In this document: positions 12,418 through 22,590 of the stretch, one piece after another
Position numbering within the stretch: the first letter of the stretch is position 1
How the letters are laid out: each line of letters begins with the position of its first letter
NCBI GenBank assembly: GCA_030704615.1
Contig: CM060732.1
Location: 65,596,001-65,660,000, forward strand
Source: Takakia lepidozioides
Lineage: Eukaryota > Plantae > Bryophyta
Direction: 5' to 3'
DNA length: 64,000 nt
Notes under the pieces: model-generated
Database searches by the model: none
Told to the model about the DNA's origin: nothing
The model's input: only the letters and a program-made list of their open reading frames with translations
Position numbers and translations under genes: made by a program

Positions 12418-13267
12418 TTGCTCTCTTGCTCTGCGTCTCTCTCTAAGGGAAGTAAAATAAAGAGACTTTCCTATCTTTCGTATAGTAGAAGGAACCCTCC
12501 CCAGCTTGACTACCACTCTCCCTCTAAGCGCGAAAAGTAGAAAAACGAAGTGACTCCCGATTTCTTGCGGGATTGCGTTCGTTGTTGCTTGTCTCTAGAA
12601 GCATCGGATTCCCTCTCGCGTGACCGTTACACATAGTCGTTCCCTTATTAGTGCACATGCCAACAATTAGTGTACAACTGTTCGAATTCAGTTATCGATG
12701 TCTGGCGTGTGTTGCCCAAAATAAACGGCGTGTTCTTTATTAGAACGGTCTTAATATTTAAAAATAACAGCGAATCCCAGAAATCTTGGCGCACAATCTT
12801 AGACAAATATATGTAAATGAACGAGAGTTTGATGACAAATTTTGGGATATCATACACGGTCATCCTTGTTAGCCAACCCCACGTTCGTTTCACATTTTGA
12901 ACTTTCCAGGTGCGCATGATCATTGGTAGTAGTATAAAGATACATTTACTTAATCTGCAGTCCCACCCTCAGACCTTGTGGCATGCTTCCAGGAAGTCGG
13001 CTTGTTATTGTGTTTGTTGATGAGGTTCTGATTAACGGTTTAACAACTGCCGACATTGCTCCTAGGGATACTCTGACCACTGGGCCCACAAGAAAAGTAA
13101 TTAAAATGGACGGCTGCATATCTGGAAAGAATAACAGAATATGCACAGTCGTCGTCTGAGCTTCCTCCGCCATATTCTCTGTTCATTCTTCAACTGTGTT
13201 CTGGAAACATCAGTAAACCGATTTACACTAGGTCTGCGATAGCAAGGTATTAACGTACGCGAGGAAG

Positions 13268-16200
13268 ATGGCTTCCTCTGAAGCGGAGTTCTTCTCTGAC
13301 GACAAACCAGTGCCGTTCTCCCAGGAAGTCCTTGACAATGGATTTGTATTGTTCTGGAACATGTCTTGGCTACCCGTTTTCAGCTTCAGAATGGCTCCAT
13401 CTTTTTGGAGAAAGAGGTGTACGATTTGAAAGGGAAGTTGTTGAAATACTCTTTCCAAAACCGTGATGAGACGGCTCATATCAGCCAGTGGAGAGTGCGC
13501 CCTGGTCGATACAGAGTACTTGGAGAGCCTCGGCGAAAGTCCCTTGGGTCATATGTGACGCCCGGGACTGCTGCTTCGGTCGTTGAAGACAAGAGGGAGG
13601 TGGTGGTGAAAAAAGAACAGACGTCCTCCACTCCAATCGTTGAGCTTTCGGATTTGTCCGATGATGACATAAGTGAAATTCCAAATCCAGTCCTTCCTAC
13701 TGTGGTTGGAGAAGCTGATGAAAAAGAGATTTGTAGTGTCATTCCAAAATTACGGGCGATGGGAGGAATGGTTGGATTCAAAAGTGAGTTGCGAGGAATT
13801 GATTAGGAATCTTTGAAGCAGGTGCCTGTGAAGTTCTTGCCAGAGACTTTTGATGGCGATATCCTATTCGAGCTGCCTCCTCCTCCGCGAGTTGAAGGTG
13901 TAACAATCATGATGCATGGAATGGACAAGAAACACGACGGGCACCCGTGGTGCAGAACAAAAACATCCAATATTCAGAATGATGACAAACTTGTTTTCAG
14001 GAGAACAGTTTGCAATGGACACCTTAGGTGTGATAATTTGAATTGAAGACACTTTCTTCAGTCTGGGGTTCATAATCAAAGCAAATGGGAGGGTCTAGCG
14101 GAAAATCCATTTCAGCCTGGGACTGCCCCTCCACCGGCAAACACTTTCGTCTGCAAATTCTGCAAACTTGTGTCATCCTGCTTGGCGCTCTGCGGAGCAA
14201 GAATATACTATGTTGTCCACCGTTTGAAAAAATGACAAGAGCTTGTGTGCATTTCGGATTCCATAACCATCCTGTCTCGAAGGGGGATTACAGGGAGAGT
14301 GTTGAGACAGTATCGAGGTTGATTAAACAGGAGTTTGGGAGAAACCCATCTGCAACAACATCTACAATTGCTCTTGGCGCAAGCAAGTCCTTCTTGGAAA
14401 GCCATATTTTGAGTGAAGGGGATTTTGTGGGGACTAAACTTGACGGTGTAGCATTGGACCTGATCATGGATCATTTCTCCACTTTGAGTTCACCTAACAT
14501 TCGGCATCAGATCAATGCATTAAGAATGGCTCTGGTATCAGAGGCTACATAGACAACATTTTGGAGTTGAAACAAGTGAGCAAGTACGATTACATCCAAG
14601 ACAATGTATTCCCAGGTCAAGGTGCCATCAAAGTTTTTCTTTTCAAAATGTCGACTGTTGGGGAGGGCAGTGGGGTTAGCCTCGTGAAGCAGATGCAGAA
14701 GACTGGGGACTTGCAGAACTGTTTTCTTATGTTTGATCATGTGAAACAAGTGAAGGATTGGACGACAATGGCTTGTCATGTCTACGATCCAGTGTACCAA
14801 TGAGTTATGACAATTGCAGTTTGTGACATGCAATCCGACGGAATCCCAGAAGCTCATGTGGAATTCCCTGATACGTGTCATGGGCTGCCATGGGCTGCCA
14901 TCTCCAAATTTCGCAGGTTTCATGGCGGATAGTGCTCAAGCAAATTTCTATGTTGTTCGTATTGTCTTCGGATCGGGCGACCCAAAAGTGCCAATGTGAG
15001 GAAGAGAGCGTACATGTCTATTCCATTGGACACAATCTCTGGAAAAACATACAAAGTCGGACATCAAACCAGAGATGCAGACTCAGCACTGTAAATTGTG
15101 CAAAGAGTACAAAGATGCTAGAACAATGAAGGAGGCGGACACTTTGTTCCAAACAATTCGTGCCTGGTGGTTCTCTTATGGAGCTGCATCACTTGAGAGT
15201 ATGAGAGCATTGGAAGATTGGCTGGCGTTTTGGCATTTCCGGTATAGACAGTGGGGAGCAGCCATGGCAGTGGTATGAGGCTTATATTTCTTGCTTTATT
15301 CATACATTTACTTTCCATTTTATTGTGTCCTCGATTTCTTTATGTTGTTTTCTGTTCACTATTTTGAAGTGTGGTTCTGCACTTTGTAGAACATGTCCAT
15401 TAAGGAAATGGCGGATATGCCATCTTGCAATTTGGCAGAAACTGTGCACAATGCATGGTTGCCGCAGTCTGGGAAACGAGGTCGGGATTTGTATGTGGCA
15501 ACAACAAATGATTTGATACGTGCCTTGCAACAACAAACCCGATAACGTGATTTCTTACGAGGTGGGGTTGGTGGCAAGGGTCCGGACAAATGGGAGTTGA
15601 TGTTGCGTGCTGCAAACAGATCCGGGGATCCAATCAAGATAGCACGGGCGGTGAGCATGTATGCCCAGGGAACGCCATTTGTTTCTAGAGTTCCACATCT
15701 TGAAGGGGAGGAGAGATTCGGCTCCTGTAAGAGGAAATTGAACACTCCACCTGGTTCGGATTCCGATTCCCACAGGGCAGACCGTGATAACTTCTCAAAG
15801 CCTCGTGTTCCCCTGCATGACAGCTCCATGTCCGGAACCTCCATTGTAGAGGAACCTCCAACACAACGGCAAGTCCAGCATCAAATAGTGCCACTGAAAT
15901 GGTGCAGGAGATAAACAACCCCCTTCATGTGCTTGAGTCCGCATGCCCCGACCACGTTTGGCACATAGAACGCATAAGTGTAGGGTCTCGTGTGAAATGT
16001 ACAGCGATCAGGGCAACTAATTTCGAGAAGTGCACTTCATCTATATCCAGAGGTGGTGCCCGAACTCCTGCTCCGACTTTCACGGGTTTGATGCGTCCAT
16101 ACGGTCAACCAGAAGCCAAGAACCACAAGTTCTGGTTCTGCACAGATGATTGTGCCAGATGTGTGCATGGAACTGTGCGTCCTTCCGTAGTGATGAAGCC

Positions 16201-16774
16201 ATCTCCTCCAACCGTTTGGCCCGTGAAGGTGGGAACACATCTCAGCTTTCAGGAGATTGAAATGCTGGAGGAGGCAAGTTTTTCCCTTGTGAGACAACCC
16301 CAACTCCATACATGTGCTACTACTTCTGCATCCTCCCGGGTCCCCCCGGCAAATCCTGACATGTGGCCAACCAAATGAGATGGAAAGCTCGTTCGGCGTT
16401 TCCCTCCAACCGCTGAACACTTTGGCAAAGTAGAGTCCGCAAGAATGCTCCAAGCTCGTGTTGGAAGCACCACGGAAGTACCCGATCCAGGATATGGTCG
16501 GGTATTCACAATCATCACTTCCACATCTGCTGTTCATGACAGGACCTACGACATCACGGTTTCCAATTTCCCCAATTGCACATGTCCTGATTTTGTGAAT
16601 ATGCTATCAACCAGTTTGGGCAAGAGAGGTAAATTCATACCCTGCAAACATTTGTATTTCATATTTTTGAAGAGGATGGTTTGCGATCCCAAACGTGACA
16701 ACTTCATTCACCAGGTCACTATGAGTTTCAACGAGGTCGATACTCTATTGCAGCGGGATACAACACATGGGTAG
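13268..16774 (+). pseudogene. Mutator-family transposase with GCM/WRKY-like N-terminal Zn domain, DDE core and C-terminal SWIM finger; stops and frameshifts
   Basis: DGHPWCRTKTSN...CNGHLRC...CKFC...HFGFHNHP; LMFDHVKQV; FMADSAQAN...RERTCLFHW (MULE D...D...CxxH); LAETVHNAWL after a short intron (~15273-15389); SWIM CTCPDF...PCKH at ~16577-16650. Confidence 0.85.
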
Positions 16775-17409
16775 CATCAACTATGCAATGTGGTATGTGG
16801 ACGACCATGATTTGAAATGTGCAATTCACATCAATTCGTCGGCGGTGCAATGATATGGCCTCCAACTATACGGAGTGAGCTCTGAGTGGCAACTTTAAAA
16901 GCACATTTGTCATTGCACCGTTCGAAGTCTACATGTCTTGCTGTCGCTATGCACTACAATCATCTTTTGAAGATGATCCTAACTCTCATTGTTATTTGAG
17001 GAGGGAGGAAGGTCTTCCCGTGGCAGCCTTTATGGCGCACACTTTGTGAGGATATTTTCTCGTCCTCGTAATTGTAAAAGTGAAACAAACATTTGTAATT
17101 GCACAATGTTGGATGCTACAATTGTAGGCCTCATGGTAGTCTTGATTCTATTTAGGCAAGATTCCCTGCATTAATTCCACGGTCATAGGATCATCCTCGG
17201 TTATAGGCGACGCATGTTAATGCTGACGTGGCAGATGACGGACAGTGCCACGTCATCATTTGCCGCCACATCAGCATGCTGACATGACGCTCACGCCACG
17301 TCAGCGTGGGTGCAGGCTCACGCCACGTCGGCTGGCGTGAGCGTACGCTCACGCCACGTCACTCCTGCGTGAGCGTACGCTCGCAACGCTCACGCGCAAC
17401 GCTCACGCC

Positions 17410-17941
17410 ATTGCCACACACTAGTATACCACTAGTCCACCACTAGTCCAACCACTAGGCTGCCCACTATGGCAGTCACTAGTCCACCACAATGATAAGA
17501 ATGAAGCCACAAGCTCATGCGAGCTCACAAAACTGAAGCATAAACTCAGTCAAATACACCCCACGCCATGGGAATCCACACTACGGCGCCATAGCTAGAC
17601 ACGGTGAGACTCAACTCGAGAAAGATGAGCCTACCGCGCTTGCCGTGAAGTTAACCACTCCAGGGCCTAAATCTGCCTTGACCCCTGGATTGACACTTGG
17701 GCCAATCCTAAATGTCAATATATAAAAGCTAGCTATTTCCTAGCTAGTTTCACACTAGTGGTGAAATAACTTGACAGTTGTCGTGCGCATACATATCGCT
17801 ACACAACTACATCGCTGTCCAAAACCACACCACACACAAGTATACCACTAGTCAGCCACTCGTCTAGCCACTAGTCCAACCACTAGGCTGCCACTAGTCA
17901 GTCGCTAGGCTGCCCACTATGGCAGTCACTAGTCCACCACA
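17410..17941 (-). repeat. 3' LTR region of the Gypsy element (TG start at 17941 after the PPT), with a tandem partial duplicate of the LTR start at ~17413-17491
   Basis: ctaggctgcccactatggcagtcactagtccaccacaa occurs ending at 17492 and at 17942; TATA-like sequence at 17719-17727; shares blocks with 28209-28390. Confidence 0.7.
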
Positions 17942-18204
17942 ATCGCCCCCCTAGCTGGTGCTTAAGTCCCTCTAAGTCCAGGTAGCCACAAGATGAGATA
18001 GTGACAGTAGCCTCACTAAGTCCTCCACCACTATCCCTGCTACAGTCAAACTTGATAGATCAAGAGGCCGGGTGCAAGAGTTGCCCCATCGTTAGTCGTC
18101 GTCTTGCAACCTGTGAACTTGAGCCTGGGATCTTGTGTATTAACTCCTATGAGCTTGGCCTCCCATGTCTTTTTAGCTGCCTCTAGTCATGTCCACTGCC
18201 ACTA

Positions 18205-18360
18205 TCCCAAGCGGTGTAGACACAACCAATCTCCATCAGGAACCTTCTCAAGAGGTGGTGTCAAGCATCCCATGTGCCACCATCTTGAGCATCGATCATA
18301 CACCAGCATAGTGGCTGCCCCTTTGGCAGACCCACAGAGCATGCACCTCAAACATGCAGG
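18205..18360 (-). other. PHD finger at the integrase C-terminus
   Basis: CMLCGSAKGAATMLVYDRCSRWWHMGCLTPPLEKVPDGDWLCLHR fits the C4HC3 pattern with the typical W-H-x-x-C-L-x-P-P-L-x-x-x-P-x-G-x-W-x-C tail; two ligands are mutated (C->Y, C->R). Confidence 0.88.
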
Positions 18361-21300
18361 TACCACTGCCAAGTTTGGGTCAACTCTGCCATCGACATTG
18401 GAAAGGTGACATGGCGCACAATTACGCACATGGTCTTTCCAAGTCATGCCATCCCGACCCTCCAAGATCAGGACTCCTGAGGGCAACACCTCTTGAACCC
18501 TCAGAATAACACGCACTGCAGTGACATCCAGGGTCGTAGGAGCAGTCTGCTGTAAATAAACATAGTCACCAGGGCTAAACCTCCGAACCCCAAGACGATA
18601 TCCTCTACCACGTATAGTGGCATACCTCAACGTATTACGGTGCTGTGCAATGGCAAGGTTATCAAAAGCCATGGGCATGACTTTCTTGAACAACTCTGCA
18701 CACTGATCACATGTATGTACCCACACGTCCGGATCGTCAAGGTTAAGGACTTGAGTAGTGTCCCTACAAATGGTTGTAGGCAAATCCGGCTCCGGCCAAA
18801 GAGAAGAAAAAATGCTGAGAATGAGGCAAGTGATGTTTGCTTGCTGAACCGGTAGCCCATGGCTAACCAAGGTACCTGAAGATCCCAATATCCTAGGTGT
18901 CCCTTCTGCAAGCCATACTTGCGCAAACCCCTCTTCACCGTCTGAACAACTCTCTCTGCCAAAGCCATCGGCCTCAAGATGCAGATCCCGAGAAGTGGTG
19001 CGGTGGTCTATCAAGGCTTTATCACACAAAGCCTGAAACTCCCCCAAGAACTCTCTCCCTTGGTGTGAGCACCTCAACTGGAGCACCGAATTGGCTAAGC
19101 ACACGATCCAAGAATGCATACGCAACCCCCTCACTAGCCTTGTCAGGCAATGGAACCAACTCAATCCACTTGGAGAAGTGCTCTACCATCACCAACACAT
19201 ATCTGTGGTGGCGCATAGTCAGTGACAACGGTCCTGCAAAGTCAAGACTCCACCTATAGCCCAATCCCATGATTGGTAAAGGATGCAATGGTGGTATAGG
19301 GGCGTTGAATGAAGCACGCACCCTGTCACACACCATGCACCTAGCCACGAATCGTTGCACCTCTATGTGCATACCACGCCCACCAATACTGCCCTTGCAG
19401 TAAACTATGAGTGCGTCGCACTCCAAAATGTCCTAACTCCTCATGGGCATGCCGCACTAACCGTGCACGCTCAGTTGGGTGAGGCACAATCCTCACCCAA
19501 CCATCCTCCCATACTTGGAGCATGTGTATCCCCTCCCACTTGAACCTCTTGGCTCATTGCAGGATCCGATCCCTCTCCTTGGCAGTCACAGTGGCTGCCG
19601 TGTCTCCAATACGGACGTAGTCCAACACGGCCGAATCCTCATATATATCTTTGGCACCACCTGGCTCGTCACTAGCCTCAGGGTCCTCAGACACTCCGTC
19701 TACAGTCATCTCTGTTGTAGGTCCAATCTGACCTCCCGCTGCCAAGATACACAAAAATGCAGATGCGTGCCATCCGGGCATCATCTCCTCGTCCGTCTAA
19801 CCATGCCACCGAGCTCCAGTGTCATCATGTTGGTTCGTGCATGGATTGCAACTCAATCCATCCGCATCCCGATTTACCAAACCCGGTCGATACACAACCT
19901 GAAAATCATACTCCTGGAGTATGAGTGCCCACCGTGCAAGCTTCCCCGTAAGCTTGTTTGACTCCATCAACTGCTTGAGTGGCTGGTGATTTGTGACAAG
20001 GGTGAAGAGATTGCCATATAGATAGCACCTGAAGTGTGCCACGGCCTACACTGCAGCTAAGCACTCTCCCTCATATGAGCTGTACTTAGCCTCTGCAGCA
20101 TTGTTCAAGCGGCTAACATAAGCCACTACGAACTCTCTTCCCTCATCATCCACGTGTGTGAGCACCGCTCCAAGCCCCAACATGCTCCAATCCGTATGCA
20201 GCTGAAAAGAGACGCCCCCTGATAGGTCGTCTCAGGATAGGCGCCGAGGTCAACCTCGCCTTGAGCTCTTGAAAAGCTCGTTCCTGCTCATCTTCCCACT
20301 GCCACTCCTGGTCCACCTTGGTCAGCTTGGTTAGAGCCTTTGCGATAGCACTAAATCCCTTGACAAACCATCTATAGTAGTTTGTTAACCCCATAAAAGC
20401 TCAAACTCGGCTTACATCCGTGGGGCGTGGAATTTGTGCAATGGCCTCTACCTTAATCTGCTGTACCCCCAATCCTCCAGGATATATCATGTGACCCAGA
20501 TACTCAATCTGGTTGTGGAAAACTTGCACTTCCTTGGATGCAACTTCAATCCGTGCGCTCTCAAGCGCTCCAATACTACCTGAAGGTGTCTCTCATGCTC
20601 CTCCACCGTAGCACCAAAGATGATGGTGTCATCTATGTAGCACCGAGCAAAGTCCACCCCCGCTAGAATCCTATCCATGACTCTCTGAAACTCTGTATGA
20701 GCGTTCTTAAGCCCAAATGGTAAGAATCGCCACTGATATAGGCAATCCTTGCCGTGCTCATTGATCCCCCAAAATGTCGTCTTCTACTTGTCCGCCTCCT
20801 TGATCGGCAACTAGTGATATCTGGATCGTAAATCCAAAGTGCTAAAGACCTTAGCATGCCCAATGGCATCAAAGATCTCCTCCGGTGTGGGCATGACATA
20901 CTTATCGGATTTAGTATGATGATTTACAGGCCGATAATCACCGCACATACGTCTCTCCGTCCAATTGCCATAGACATCCTTCTTGGCTGGCATCACTGTG
21001 GCTGAAGCATACTCTCCACCAAAGAGCTCCACCAAACTTGCCTCCCAGAGATCTTGAGTCCTCATCTGAATCAAAGACCTCTCCATGTCACTGTATCTAT
21101 AGGGTCTCCGAAAGATTGGCGTGTCAGTGGCCAACTCAATACGGATCTCTTGACCCTTCAGTGCTCCCAAGTCCTTCAAACTGAAGGCAAAGCAATTCCT
21201 GTAAGCCCTCAAGAACCGCCGTATACGTCGTCTCTCTCCTCCGATGACAATGGGTCCAATGTCAGGCTCCCAATTGTCCTCCGTAATTGCAACCTTAAGT

Positions 21301-21639
21301 CCAGTGGGCTTAGAGGTAGAGGACGCGTCCAGTGGTTGCTATGTTGCAACCTCTTGAGCAGTACTCCCTACCTGCTCAATCACTGAGGCCTCATCCTGCC
21401 CCATCATCTCATCCTCGAGGACTTTCTCAACCCGAGAAAAATCCCCAACCTCATCCATCACCGCCGCCTTGGCTGCCAACTCCCTCTGAACCTCGAGCAC
21501 CTCCCACGTGTGCGATGGATGTCTGCACCCCGTGGTGCTCACCTGTGTGCCCCCACTCACTGCCTGTACCGTCTCGGTAGGCAGAGTGACCATCGAGGGA
21601 AGTGTACTCTGCACTCTGTGTTACTCAGCCATAGCCAAG

Positions 21640-22590
21640 CTGATAATCCAGGTCAAGCAATTGAGATCCATGGCTTGCCCCAACACCTGACGACGTGATG
21701 CCTCAGAAAGAGACGGCATCGCCGTGGTACCAGTGGTAAAATCCAGCGCCCGCTCACGCTCGTCAGCATTAGGCTCCACTAACTGCTACAACTGAGTATC
21801 CCACAGGAGGTCGGGTCCACTATCTCGGAAAACATGCGATCCTGGGAAGCTGAGCAGTGTAGGTAATGTTGTTCGTGGTTGACCCACCTTGTTGACCACT
21901 GCCAAATGCGAACGGTCATCGTGTCTCACACGCTGAGACTGCCTCCATATGTCCAAAATGCTATCCACTGTGAGGTGTGCTGGCCGCTGTACCCCATCAA
22001 ATGCACGCTTGAGCAGTGCGGGTGGCATCAAGTTAGTCCACCATAGTCGTGGACGATGAGCCCGTGACCCCACTGCTGCTGCATCCAACAACACTGCTGA
22101 CCCAAGCCACGACCGGACTTGATGCACACTAGCCATCACCCTTGCCCGAGAATCACCCATCAGTGGCACATTCTCCAAAATGTATGTCGGAAAATGTATG
22201 ATGAAGCTGTAAGTGGCGCAAAACCCGCACCATCTCCCAAAACAGACCCGACCTCGAGTCTCGCAATCCATTGCCATGTCTGGCTGATGAATGCATTGGC
22301 AAGGCCAACCTGCCACTACCAAGTGGATGGAGCCAACCCGCTCCAAATCTTGCACCCCCAGTAAGGAAATGTCTGCTGATAATGCCTGCTAGTATCCACA
22401 AACTGCAGACAACGGCAACAACTCAGCATACTGCTGTACCAACTAGGCAACATGGCGAAGTGAGACGCGTCGTGCAGTCTCATCCCTCTCCATATACAAG
22501 TAACGCCAAACTCGTACACCTGCCTGTAGCACAACAGCCAATCCGGTGCTGATCCCGCCAAACAAGTCCAGAAGGCAAATGCCTTCATCC
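21640..22590 (-). pseudogene. DNMT3-like C5-cytosine DNA methyltransferase catalytic domain inside pol
   Basis: Motif I LLDLFGGISTGL (~22575-22540); II YLYMERD; IV VVAGWPCQ (22313-22296); VI ILENV (22175-22167); VIII SRAHRPRLWWTNL; IX/X ERERALDF...RRQVLGQAMDLNCL (~21765-21650). Contains stops and frameshifts. Confidence 0.92.

Larger units (their letters stand above)
3330..17210. mobile_element. Putative large Mutator-like (MULE) element with divergent genes: methyltransferase-domain gene (-) and transposase (+), interrupted by PPR-mosaic DNA; ends not resolved
   Basis: Both genes have homologues inside the TIR/TSD-bounded element at 55334-62596. 7061-7080 is an 18/20 inverted match to 11751-11770. 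Motif CCTATRACCGWGGA at 17174-17207 (- strand, twice) recurs at 55656-55670 in the same orientation relative to the SWIM gene. No TIR or TSD found. Confidence 0.5.
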
